A stretch of 64,000 bases of DNA from contig NC_042998.1 in NCBI RefSeq assembly GCF_006345805.1, positions 65,038,001-65,102,000 on the forward strand, written 5' to 3'. Positions 25,003 to 38,130 of this stretch are shown here, in pieces. The notes below the pieces were generated by a model. The model was not told the DNA's origin. It made no database searches and saw only the letters and a list, made by a program, of their open reading frames with translations. Each line of letters opens with the position of its first letter. Position 1 is the first letter of the stretch. The translations under genes and the position numbers were made by a program. Origin of the DNA: Octopus sinensis. Taxonomy: Eukaryota.

Positions 25003-26472
25003 CAAGCATTATGACCCGTCGTTGCCGGGTCATAGTGCTAGTGCATGTATATATGTACATATTACATGTACATTTATATATTTACATCTACACATAAAAG
25101 TTATATCTTGATATTGCTAGTGATAACAATGCTCAAAATATATTACAGACTGGAATTGTAGGTCTGTCTCTCGCAATTTCGATCAATTATATATTGTCCT
25201 CCCTCTTGTATAGAAGTGTGGCTACAATCCAGCCTACCTCTACTTCTGGGGGGGACATTTTAAATTTTTATACGGGACGTCCTACGTCCCAGATATAAAG
25301 GTAAAAATAAAGTATTTCCACTTTGCAAGGTTCGAGTCGCGTACTCCCTTGCAAGCTCCGTTGACTCGAACCTTGCTTCTATTGTAGCGAATTTACCGCC
25401 TCTGGTTAGATACTTGATATCTTTCATAGTCGCACCAAGACACTTTTCGATGGTGCTTTCCTCCAGGTGTTCAAATCTTTTTTTCTCTGCATTGTATACT
25501 TTATAGACATTAGTCTTTTCTTTAAATTAATTTTTTATTTCATTTGGTAGTGTTATCCTAGTTTCACCGTCTTTGTCGGTGATCAATCCGAAATAGGTTT
25601 GTATTTATTCCATTTTAATTTTAATGAGTTCGTGCCCGCCGACGGCTGCAGCGAAATTCATTTTTGGACTTTCTTCTATCGAAGGCATTCTAACAAAAAT
25701 GCTTCCGTGTAAACGGTGAACATATTGTCAATTTCCCCAAACAGGGACACAATTCAATTTTTAAATAATAGCCAAAGCTCCTTCTCCAAGAGGGGGAGGG
25801 TTACAGTTTACAATTATTTAACAAATACAACACAACAACGTTTCCCTTACGAGGAACCAACAAACGTGATAACAATAGTTAAACAGTAATGATAATAACA
25901 ACAAACCTTACGGTGGATCAAAATGCAGTACGCAGTTGATTTAATTTAATTTATTCCCATTCATGTGAAACCACTTATTCAAGTTCAAGTCATTGATGCA
26001 ATTTTATACCAATTGCTATTTTTACTTTTGTTATGTTACGATTATATTATACTTTAGTTTGATTTTAATTGTTATTATTATCTCTAATTTTACAGTGAAA
26101 GTATCTGACCTAAAAAAGAGACATATTTTTGTTTCACTTTTAACACGCAATACTGAAATAGAGCACATATTGCTATGTGCTCGATCTAGGAAAGAAGTTG
26201 AACATTTTCTTTTGGCCCATGAAACTACATGGGCTCTAAGTAAGGCATGTCTAACTTTTGAATGAAATTGGTTGAGTAGTTCTCAAGTTTTAGGGAATCG
26301 TAGTGGAGAAGATATGATATTGCCCTAGGAAAAAGATTTTATTCTGTTTTGCCGATGACACACCCCGGACACTAAGTAAGGCATGTGTAAAATTTGAAGG
26401 AAATTGGTTGTATAGTTCTCAAGTTTTAGGGAAACACACAGACATACACACATTCCCAGTTTTATATATAGA
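25003..26472 (-). mobile_element. Putative non-autonomous Helitron-like element (about 1.47 kb)
   Basis: Minus-strand head A|TCTCTCTATATATAAAACTGGGAATGTGTGTATGTCTG at about 26472. GC hairpin ATGACCCG/CGGGTCAT (25011-25033) followed by CTTG on minus (CTAG on plus at 25038-25041). Internal duplicated unit TAAGTAAGGCATGT..TAGTTCTCAAGTTTTAGGGAA at about 26237 and 26374. Confidence 0.5.
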
Positions 26473-26880
26473 GAGATTACTTACCCGACGCCCGTACTAG
26501 AAAGTTTTAGTTTTATTGCCATGTTTTCATGAATTTTCGTAAATATTGATTAATGCATTCTTCAATAGCTGTATATTGATTACATTTTATACGATATTCT
26601 ATGTACGATATTATAACGGTTCTCATCTGTTCTGCTCACAATTGTATTCCCATTCTTTGCACGTTGTGTTAAATGCCATTTTTTTCTTCAATGTTTCAAA
26701 GAAGGAGGAGAGCAATATCCATTACTACTTACCGTGTATTTGAGATTGTTATGAAGGAAAGAACGGAAAGTATAGGGAGGCGAAAAGATGAAAAGGGTGA
26801 AACTTCGCCCGGAAGCTTTCATTAGTGTAGAATACTCTAGAGAAACAAGCTGGCAGGTTGTGTAGTTATATTGTATAATA

Positions 26881-27440
26881 TTGGGTTGTCCGGAAAGTTA
26901 GTGCCGATTTATAGTAGCTTACCTTTGATTTATTTTAGAATATAGTTGAGTTCATAAAATAGGATTTAACTACATCACCATTTAGAGCACAGTTTAAGCT
27001 ATCATTTCGTGGAAGAAGGCTTATGTTCCTATAACCTGTGTTAATTCTGTAACCCTTTAAAATGGAAGATAAGAAAGTTCATTTTCGGAACTTGATGTTT
27101 GGAAACCAGACAGAAATTGCTGCAGCACGACTGGACTATGTTACCCAACCTTCCATATTCACCACATATTGTTCCTTCGAATTTCCACTTATTCAGGTCT
27201 CTGCAGAATAGTCTTAATGGTAAAAATGTCAATTCCTTGGATGACGAAAAAATACCTTGATGAATTCTTTGCCTTGAAACCACCACAATTCTGGGAAGAA
27301 GGTATTTCCAAGTTAAATGATAGATGGAGACACGTTGTACAACAAAATGGTTTATAGTTGGTTGATTTAAAATATAATGGCGAATATTTATTGACTTTTT
27401 CTTTCTTTAATAATCGGCACGAACTTTCCTGACTACCCAA
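26881..27440 (+). mobile_element. Internally deleted mariner (560 bp) with both TIRs and TA target duplication
   Basis: TIRs TTGGGTTGTCCGGAAAGTTAGTGCCGATT / AATCGGCACGAACTTTCCTGACTACCCAA (3 mismatches), TA on both sides. MEDKKVHFRNLMF is fused to ..LPYSPHIVPSNFHLFRSLQNSL..FWEEGISKLNDRWRHVV. Confidence 0.92.
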
Positions 27441-28829
27441 TAGTTTGCGTTTAATATCTAAGAATAATACAACAAAAATGTTTGCTGTCCAACGTAATTA
27501 TAGTCAAAGAAATCAAAAATTTTGGTTTGATATTAATTTATTCTCATAGAGAAATTCGAAGCTAGATTTACTCTCATATCATATGTAAGTACACAAACGC
27601 ACACGCACGCACCACCCATACAAACACATTAATACACACGCATACACAGGACTACATACGCATAGACACATATCCATGTAAACATACATAGATGCATGCA
27701 TGCATACATACGTACATATATACACTGACAGACGGATAGATAGATAGATCATTTAATATTATGTCTGCCAGAATATGTATATATTCGGCAGCAATGTAAA
27801 ATCTGGTTAGAAAAAACTTTAAGATTCTATATTTCATTTAAAAGAAATATAACATTACTCACTATCATTATTACATTTCAGAATAAGGCTAACTAATTTT
27901 TAGCGTTGAAGAAACAATTCTGTTTTTATCACATTGTATTGTAATAGTCTTACTGCAGTTGTTGGTCGCATTTAAATCACTCATCGATTAATATAGCAAA
28001 TTGCAGATTATATTGTTATGTTAATAGATCATATTTTCAAAATAAATGTTGGATATGATCATTAGATGCATTGTAAATATCCCTATGGAGCTTAAAACTT
28101 TTGGATTTGATAGCATCTGAGGTTCGTTCTACATCTGTTTAAAATAGTATAGTAGTCTCCCTTGTTATACGATTAAACAACAACCAGCTGATAGTTTTCC
28201 TTTAACTGTTGTGTAAATTATGATTGCAGAATATTAATCATATTTCCTCATAGTTGAAACGCATGAAGTGGAAAAACCACCGATTGCATTCTTGGCCTAT
28301 TTATGTATTTCTGGGATATATCATCAATCACATAACGTTTAATAAATGTTTGTTTCCTGATAGTGGCAATATGCTTATATGATAGTTCATCTTTGCATCA
28401 TAGAATTTTTCCATAAGATATCGCTCGAAATATTTTTCTAATAATTCCACATCACAAATATGCCTAAGCATAAGAATAACTGTTATCTCTATAAATATGG
28501 ATAATACTTTATTGCAATATATATATATAAATATATATAATTGCTATTTGCTGAGAAAAAAAATGTCACACATTTAAGAATCAGAGTCATACTTTATAAA
28601 TTATTTTATGCATGCGGTTCGCGAATATTGAAAACAATGTCAACTGGATAATAATTGCAAAAATTCAAAATGTACTGAAAAATATTTCACATGAATTTAT
28701 TTGTGGTAAGGGTTTGTGTAATGAAATCTATGTATCAAGCTAAAAGTAATCAAATTCAATAACATTTATCTTCACCCTTGCTTCTTCGGTCGACATTGTA
28801 CCTAATATATCGCATATTTTTTCCTCTGC

Positions 28830-28860
<31 letters not shown>

Positions 28861-30449
28861 CAAATACTGGGTTTATACATTAATGAATGTGGTAATAAAA
28901 AGGATTTAAATACACGTTAGCACAAAACGCTTTTGCATTAGTATAATATTTGATTTTCATACTTGCTTTGATTTGAAACACTAATTCTCGTTTTACAACC
29001 ATGAATATAAAATAAGAAATATAAAAACAACTAACAACACGTTGTCAACCATTCCACAAAATCTATCATCTTTAGTAAAATTCGAATAAATCTTATGGGA
29101 TTCTAATGCTTTAGTAGCAACTCTATGAATAAGAAAGTTTTGGCGTGATAAAAACTATGATGATAAAAGAGTCGACATCATTAATGTGGAAATTAAAAGG
29201 TTTAATGCTAATGTATCAGATTAATTCTTTGAAAGCCACCGCTCTCAACGAACCTCTTAATTACTATGTAGCTGATTAAGCTAGTGTGTATTGGTAGAAG
29301 CAAATATATGGAGTTGTGAGTGTGTATTAGTATCAATGCTGATACAATACATCATTTGATGGATGAACGAAATAAATCATAATTTTCATAGACGTTGTAA
29401 GGAACGAATACACTAGAGGTTTAATACATTAATTATTCATTTTCTTATCTGTCGATGATGGACTTCTCTAAACTTAGACATGATTATATCTTCTATAATC
29501 CGAAATAAAACTGAAATTCTAACTCGAATTAACAAGTGAAAATGTTCTATTAACTAGCATTAAGTCTATAAGAGATATCTCGCGTACGAAATGACAACAC
29601 TTGAATACATTTATACCAATAATACCAAAGTAAGTTTTATACACAGAAATACTGTTACCCGCCAAAATGTTTGTATGCATAGGATTTATACAAGTCCAGT
29701 ACTTAGAATAAACATTTACGATGTCTTAGTTTAACGTCGTATGTTTACAATACACGAAATATCACTCAGGATTTAAATGGAAGATTATCTGCATATAAGT
29801 AAATTTGAATATATTTTCAACTCACATGAAGTAATTAATTTGATATTGTTGAAATATGATCCATAATATGGCTTTATTAAATATATTTTTATTAAAATTA
29901 ATCATGTATTTAGCAAACATTATTATTTTATTTTAAAGAATGTTATTAATGCAACATAATACAAATGTTTGGAAAAACGTCTGGTGCTGCAATCTTATTA
30001 AAGTCTATTTTGTAATAATATATTTCAAATGTTTGAATCGCATTTGAGCTAACTGTCATATCACTTTTCACAAGTAAATTAAGAAACTGAATTGCTCTAA
30101 GTTTTGTTGTATTTTATTGTTTAAAATACGCAGACATAGAAATGTATGAATCTTATTCTTATATATGGGTCCTGAACACAACGGCTATGTCGGGTAAATA
30201 TGTTAGATATGGCATGTCTCCTCATAGTTCATTATATCAATATATATTTAAGTGAATCCTGTCGAACGGTCACTATTCTTTAAATGCACTGACATTCTTT
30301 ATTTACGAGGGCTAGCTGTTTCATGAATGTCTCAGTATATTAAATTCTTCTAGCCTTAAAGAACAAAGAATTATTCAAAATGAGTGAGCTTGTCATTTGG
30401 AATTAAATTTCGAAAAAATACACTTGTTAAATCGATTTTTCGCAAGTTA

Positions 30450-30678
30450 AAGGCGGCGAGTTGGCAGACATAGAGCGCCGGGCGAAATGCTTAGCGGTAT
30501 TTCGACTGTAGTTATGTTATGAGCCCAAATTCCGCAGAGGTCTACTTTGCCTTCCATCCTTTCAGGTTCGATAAATAAAGTACCAGTTTCGCACTGGGGT
30601 CGATGTAATTGACTTAATCCCTTTGTATGTCCTTGTTTGTCCCCTCTATGTTTAGCCTCTTGTGGGTAATAAAGAAAT
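30450..30678 (+). mobile_element. Full-length tRNA-derived SINE
   Basis: Head AAGGCGGCGAGTTGGCAGA; body and tail shared with 9421-9540 and (inverted) 35890-36116. Confidence 0.85.
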
Positions 30679-31433
30679 ATATATTTTCGCAAGTTATACA
30701 TAGATACGACCCTCTTTTTACCTCACACTTCCTGTATACACACATGCGCGCACACAAATTTATGAGTATGTTTGTGTATGTAAATATATCTAGATATATA
30801 ATATCAATTGTATAGTACTGTGTTACACGTAGGATTTTAGAATATAGATAATAAATGCAATGTAAAAATTTACATCTATTAATCGTATATCAAAATTCTC
30901 CGCATGCAGTATTTTGACGCTTGTTTGAATATCTCACCGGATATTTGTCGTGATATATAATGCAGATTACAAACTAGTTGTCTTTAATGTATATTCATTA
31001 CATAGTAACGATAAAGTAATTCATGTGTCTAAGTGCATTTGTTATCAGAAAATTTAGTAACAACACCAACACTAACACACAGTGATACTGAGAAACCCAT
31101 TATTGTAACCAAGAGAAATATAAATTTGCATCAGACAATCACAGATATACATTCAATACTCATAAGATAAATGCATTGATTCTTCATGTAAAAGAAGTAA
31201 AATATTTATATAAGCAAAATAGTATTTTGAAGAAGACAATTACATTTTCTGTAAATTTAATGTTTCATTATAATGCATTCATTATTGCACATATATGCAG
31301 TATCATTTCCTTTCTACAAATATGCACATTTTTATGACAATATGTTTTTGTACAGTCTGTCATTTATTTAGCGAATATTATATTGATACATACACACAGA
31401 AACGCACATGCGCGCATACACATACAAATATGC

Positions 31434-31523
<90 letters not shown>

Positions 31524-31878
31524 ATGGGTATAGGAATATGTATAGTCATAGAAAAGGAGGTATTTTGATTACCTCCCCGTGGTTAGTTGTAAATCATACA
31601 AGAAATTAAAGAAAGAAAATGCACACATTTTACATTATTTTGATGTAATTTTAAATATATCTTGTATTGTGTTTGTCGACCAGTTTCGCTTTCACTATTC
31701 ATGGCATTAATTTTTTTTAAATACGTATTTACTTAAGAAGACATATTTTGGTTCATGTTGTGTGTATAATTTATGAATGAATTATTCAACAAGTAGAAAA
31801 TTCTAAGGGGAGGTAATTGGGTGTCGTTATTTTTGTGGGCAGGGTAGATAACTGTTCAGTTATCGGTAAGGGAGTGAA

Positions 31879-31920
<42 letters not shown>

Positions 31921-32291
31921 AAAATTCGAAAACTAGATTAATGGAGAGAAATGTCTACAGTTATGTTTATGGAATAGTGAATTAGAATATGTAAAAAATG
32001 AAAGTTGTTTATACATGTTTCGAAAGCCGACAGTTTTCTCCCGTGCCCACAATAATAATGATAACTGATTACCTCCACTTAGATTTATCTACTTCTTGAA
32101 TCTTTCACTTCTAAATTTCACACACAGCATGGAACAAAAATTTTACTATAAAGAAAAAAATACGTATTTAAATAAATTTTCATTTCATGAATAGCGAAAG
32201 CGAAACCGGTCGACAAACACAGTACACGATATATTCAAAATTATATTAAAGCTATGTAAAGTGTGAGCATTTTCCTTTTTAAATTCTGATG

Positions 32292-32330
<39 letters not shown>

Positions 32331-33315
32331 TGCAATATATGCATAGCCATACCTGCACATTGAAGCGAAAATTTATTTGATAACATTTTGTCATTTTACT
32401 CACATAAATTTACAAATACAATTCAAGATGAAAACAAACTGGCAAGTAATTTCTAGTTTTACTTTGTAATGATATTTACACACGAATTGCGAATTTCTCA
32501 AAAACTAATTTGCCGACGTGCTTAGTGATTGAATAACTTTTTCATATATTGCATAGAAAATTTTATTAGCAGGTATGAGTAACTGTATATGCTATGCTTC
32601 TAATTATATTTTGAAAAGTTGCAAATAGTGTTTGCTATAGAGCATTATTTCATCTCTTATAGGACAGACATAGGATTGAAATGATTAGACAACATCCTGT
32701 ATTTGAAGGACGTTGCGCTATTTGACATTAATCAATACTGGTTACTATTTCAGGAAAGTGTAATCAATATTTTCAATTATTTATCTAAATCATATCAAAA
32801 CATGCAGTGTTTTAAGAGTTGCTACAATATGCGACAGCTTGATCTTACGAGAAAATGTTACAACAGTGAGTTCAGTTTCGCAGCTATAAATCAAGTTCAT
32901 ACATATAGTAAATGTTACAGAGAAGAATGATGTATAGACGTTTTAATTGGTAAAGGAGATGTTCTGACACAGTGACAAAGAGTTCAAATGCACATTAACA
33001 TTTTGATATTAAGAAATCAAAGGTTTGGTGCATATTATAGCATAGCAATAGCAACCTTATTTTCTGTTAGATGTAAGTTCAACATTGTAACGTATACTTA
33101 TGTTACAGACCATTTAGAAAATACATTTCATGTTTTTTGTTACAATCAATATAATACTTTCTAATATAAAGCATATCATTTTTATCGTTTCTTTAATTCT
33201 AGCTATGTATAGTTCTTTTTCTCAATACACACAAACACACACACATACACAAATACACACTGAAATACAAACACAAACAAACACACAAACTCGTACACAA
33301 ATAAATATATACGCA

Positions 33316-33363
<48 letters not shown>

Positions 33364-33366
33364 CAT

Positions 33367-33832
<466 letters not shown>

Positions 33833-33849
33833 TTATTATCATTATTATT

Positions 33850-35830
33850 CTATATTTGACTTTTGCTTTACATTTGTACTAGCTGGCTCGAAGTCTCACC
33901 CAGAGACCTCAAGACACAACATGATGGAGGTTCATGTTGGTGTTATGCATAGGGTGCTATATATTTAGTTTTGTACTTAGTGTTGTACTAGTGAATATTT
34001 AAAAAATCCATAAGAGTATTATGTTTGTTTTAAAATTTCAGATTACATAGAAAGTATTTGCGTACGATATGAGCAGTTCCAATGAGCACTATCTTTTGAA
34101 TTTCTGCCATTTTGGAGTTTCTTGGTATCTGAGTTAGGTAGCAATCAGCCCCTTTTGCTATCCTTCCCAAAGCACCTATAACAACAGGTATTGTTTTAGT
34201 CTGCAGGTTCCACATTTTGCTGATTTCTATTTCAAGATCTTTATATTTATCAATGGGCAATTCCAGGCTTTTGCAAATTACCCAGCGAATATATTGTGCA
34301 GCTCTATCATACCTGTTGAGATGCTCTGTTGGTTGAAGAAGACTGCACTTGGAGACAACATGTTCAATGGTTTCATTATGTTCTTGAAATACACGACATG
34401 TTGGGCTACTGCCGTTCTTTAATATGTTGGCCTGGTAGTTCCTTGTAGGTAGGCACTGCTCTTGTGTTGCTATGATAAACCCTTCTTTTTCAGAATTTAA
34501 GCCAAGAAGCCATTAGACATTGATGGGTCAGGGTTTTGTCAACATCGGCATTATTCGCTCTCTTTGGGTATTTGCATTTGAGAGGTTTTTTCTTGCCATT
34601 TATCAATCAGAATATCTAAGGCAGCAGTTTTTTCACGGGTTTTCATGCGCTTAGCCTTTTTCTGTGCTTGTGTCTTGTATGTCTAATTCCGAAATTTTTG
34701 TATTCGGAATTCACTTAGATATTCCTTTGCCTGTTTGGTTAGTGAGAATGATGCTTTCTTGTTTTCATGTTTTGAGACAAGTTTTAACATCCAGTCCTCA
34801 GAGATTTTCAGGTAGGTGTCTGGGCCAATTGCGATAATCTTCATTGTTATTGCCAGCTGTAAGAGTCCACTGTCTCCCTCTTTTCTTGGCAGATAAAGTC
34901 GTTCTCTATGTGCCTTAGGGTGGTGCATTCTATGCATTGTCAACAGTTTTCGTATTTTTCTGTCAAGATTACATATTTCAATAATTGACACGTTCACGAT
35001 ATTGAAACTGTAAATCACAACTTGTATGGCTAAACCATTGATCGCTTCGAACCTGTTTCTCGCATTTACCTCTGTCTTGAGTATTGCTCTTACTCTGCGA
35101 TAACATTCTCTCCTGATCGTCTCCTTCATCCCTGAATGCCTTATTCCGTCCCCTTCAGTTACTCCTAGGTACTTATAGCTCTCCACTGGGTCTTCCTCTT
35201 GTATGACATTCTGCTGATCAAGGGTTAACGTTAGATGTTTCTGTCATTATTCCTTTGATAAATGTAGTTTCTGCACATTTATCGAGGCCAAATTGCATTC
35301 TGATGTCATCACTGAATTGTTTAACAATCGCTAGTAAGCTCTTGAGTTGTTGGTCATTTTATGCAAAGAGCTTTACATCATCCATGTAAATGAGATAATT
35401 TATATTTTTATCAAACATTTTTAAACCTTACTGTGCATCATTGAACAATTTTGAGAGAGGTATTAAGGCTAAACAAAAGAGGAGTGTGGATAGTTAGTCA
35501 CCTTGGAAAATGCCACATGAAATATTTATATCACCAGCAGTTAGAGATTCATCGTCACTGTTCAAAGTTACTGTGGTTGTCCATGATCTCATACTTACAG
35601 TTAAATCTTTCGCAGAATAGGCGCTATTTCATATATTTCCAGGCATTTATTAATCCAGCTACGTGGTAGGCTATCAAAAGCTTTTCTATAGTCTATCCAG
35701 GCTATTGACAAGCTTTTTGTCGTTTGTGACAATCTTCTACGATCATCCTATTGATGAAAAGCTGATCTTTACAACCATAGGATCCACGTTTACGTCTTTT
35801 TTGTACATTAGAGAATACGCTGCTTTCTAT
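33850..35830 (-). mobile_element. R4/Dong-like LINE, 5'-truncated and degenerate (RT, CCHC and C-terminus; most of the RLE deleted)
   Basis: RGSYGCKDQL, YMDDVKLFA (about 35350-35385), YKYLGV, RLYLPRKEGDSGL, a C..C....ETIEHVVSKC finger, and DKYKDLEIEISKMWNLQTKTIPVVIGALG. TAA-rich tail at 33833-33850. Confidence 0.88.
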
Positions 35831-35889
35831 TAAACTTATTAACATTATCATTATTATCATCATTATTATCATTATCATTATCATTAACT

Positions 35890-36116
35890 ATTTCTTTACA
35901 CAAGGGGCTAAACACAGAGGGGACAAGCAAGGACAGACATAAGTATTAAGTCGATTGCATCGACCCCAGTGTGTAACTAGTACTTAATTTATCGACCCCG
36001 AAAGGATGAAAGGCAAAGTCGACCTCGGCGGAATTTGAACTCACAACGTAACGGCAGACATAATACGGCTACGCATTTCGCCCGGTGTACTAATGTTTAT
36101 GCCAGCTCGCCGCCTT
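35890..36116 (-). mobile_element. Full-length tRNA-derived SINE
   Basis: Reverse complement of the 30450-30678 family; (ATT/ATC)n tail at 35836-35890. Confidence 0.88.
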
Positions 36117-36174
36117 ATCATTACCGTTATTATTATTGTTGCTGTTGTTGTTGTTGCTGTTGTTGATGCTGATG

Positions 36175-37085
36175 CCTTTGCACAGCTTCTAACGCTGGAG
36201 ATGTACTACGGCGTCAGCTGTTCACTACCAGTGAACTAAAGTAACACACCTTATTTTCCGAGCACTTTCGGGAGTATTTGAGCGGTTCCAAGCAGTGATT
36301 ATTTGTGCAAGTGCAGCTCCCATTTTTTCCTTGTACTTCTCAAGATTTTTGTTTACTGTACCCAGGGTTTCTACAATTATTGGTACTACCTTTTTCACCG
36401 ATCACAACTGATTAAACTCCCAAGCTAACCTGTTATATCTATCGACATTTCTTTCTTCCGTATCGCATACATTGTTGTCAGCAGGGCATGCTATATCTAC
36501 GATCCAGCATCGTTTGCTTTCTTTATCAAATAACACTGTTTTCCTATTGTCTATCGCATTGTCACACTGAATCTTAAAATACCATAGATTCTTTGCATTA
36601 TCATTTTCCATGATGCCTTCGGGATTACATTCCTAGCACATTTTGCTCTGTCAAGTCCACACTTGTTGCTAAGTGTCGAATGGACAACCCATACTATATT
36701 ATCATGGCGTGTCTTTTATTCTTTCTGGGCTGGTGGCGTACATTGACTGATAGTATGCCATATGGTTTCACCAATTTGTCCACAAATTCTGCACCTATGA
36801 CTTTCTGATGTGTTGTCTGTTCTGTATACGATGTAATTCGTCCTTATTGCTTCCTCTCGGGAACCACAGATTAGAGTCCCCGTTTCCGGTTTTAAATCCC
36901 TTTTTTGTCATCCACAGTCATCTTTTTTCTCTGTCTATCTTATATTCTAAATCCCTATAAAATTGTTCATGCCTTGTTTCCTTTGTCCACCTATTTTCAT
37001 TTTCATTCATTCTCAAGTGTTTGTACAGAACTATATCTTTGCAATCTTCCATCCTACTCAATCCTGAAATTGTTACTTCCCTTTA
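36175..37085 (-). mobile_element. R4/Dong-like LINE 3' fragment (CCHC and RLE)
   Basis: RHEQFYRD...LW...DLKPETGTLI, CRICGQIGETIWHTISQC, and ORF 36402-36611 (LWYFKIQCD..IDN..CWIVDIACPADNNV). Confidence 0.85.
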
Positions 37086-37343
37086 TCACAGATTTTGTGG
37101 GAAATCCTGGAGTCTTGCAGGCGTAACGGGCTTACTACATGCAGCCTATGATGACATGCTATTCGTTTTTTTCTGCACCTTAATACTTTTTTGAGTATTC
37201 TGGGCATGTCCAGGTGGTAAACCTTTTGTAACAGTTCTACTGGGCATTCATTTCCAATTTCCTTTATATTCTTCTTGATGCCTTCTGATACTGTTCCCAA
37301 GGACCCAACAAAAATTGGTACTAAATCGTACTTCAGAGGGTTG

Positions 37344-37394
<51 letters not shown>

Positions 37395-37395
37395 A

Positions 37396-37431
<36 letters not shown>

Positions 37432-38081
37432 GATTTATCTATTTGCCCGTCTTCCTTCTTGATTATTCAGGGGTCAAAGAGGCATGCAAATTCAACTGTA
37501 TAGCATAAGCGGTGATTCTTGTCCCCCACCACTAGGTCCTGTCTGTTATACTCTAGCACCTGTTCTGTTTGAAATGTGAAATCTCCGATGATTTTGCTAG
37601 TCAGTGACTCCTCCACCCTGTGCGGTTTGTGGTCATACCACGTCCGCCTTAAGTCTAGTCCCCACTTACCGCACAGTTTCCAATGTAGCGCTTTCGCTAC
37701 TTGGTTGTGTCGTCACAACTTGTAGTGGTTTGGGGTAAGTCTAGTTCATTCGTTTGTGATATAGGCAATGGTTTAATGCAGTCTATTGCAGATGCACCAC
37801 AGGGGAGCCACTTGCTCATTACTAAAGTTGACCCTCTAGTTAGTGGCCAAGGCTCAGTTTCACGCTGCCAGGCTGCCCGTATAGTTCATTATATCCCTTT
37901 GTTTAGGGCTCCATTCATCAACAAATCCAACCTATTTTTTGCAGCCACTTCTGTTATGGCTACATGGAATTGATTGTGTAGTCCCTTCCTGCATAATTCT
38001 TCTTCATGTCCTTTTTGTACTTCTTCCTTCATTTTCATTTTTTCTTTGCTCTCAATACTCCTTCATTCCCAACTGTCACTA
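37086..38081 (-). mobile_element. R4/Dong-like LINE 3' fragment interrupted by (TATC)n
   Basis: KGLHNQF, RHNQVAKALHWKLCGKWGL, DFTFQTEQVLEYNRQDLVV, PIFVGSLGTVS. 3' UTR CCTGGAGTCTTGCA...AACGGGCTTACTAC shared with 56870-56925. Confidence 0.8.
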
Positions 38082-38130
38082 TCAAGTTTTCCTTACTAGT
38101 GACAGTTAGGAATGAGGGAGTATTGAGAGC
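38048..38130. repeat. Inverted repeat, 34-bp arms (2 mismatches), 15-nt loop
   Basis: GCTCTCAATACTCCTTCATTCCCAACTGTCACTA / TAGTGACAGTTAGGAATGAGGGAGTATTGAGAGC. Confidence 0.93.

Noticed and set aside
25550-25590. Minus-strand TGATC-ACCG/CGGT-GAAACTAG hammerhead-like fragment
   Set aside because: G8 and the cleavage triplet are missing and there is no stem I.
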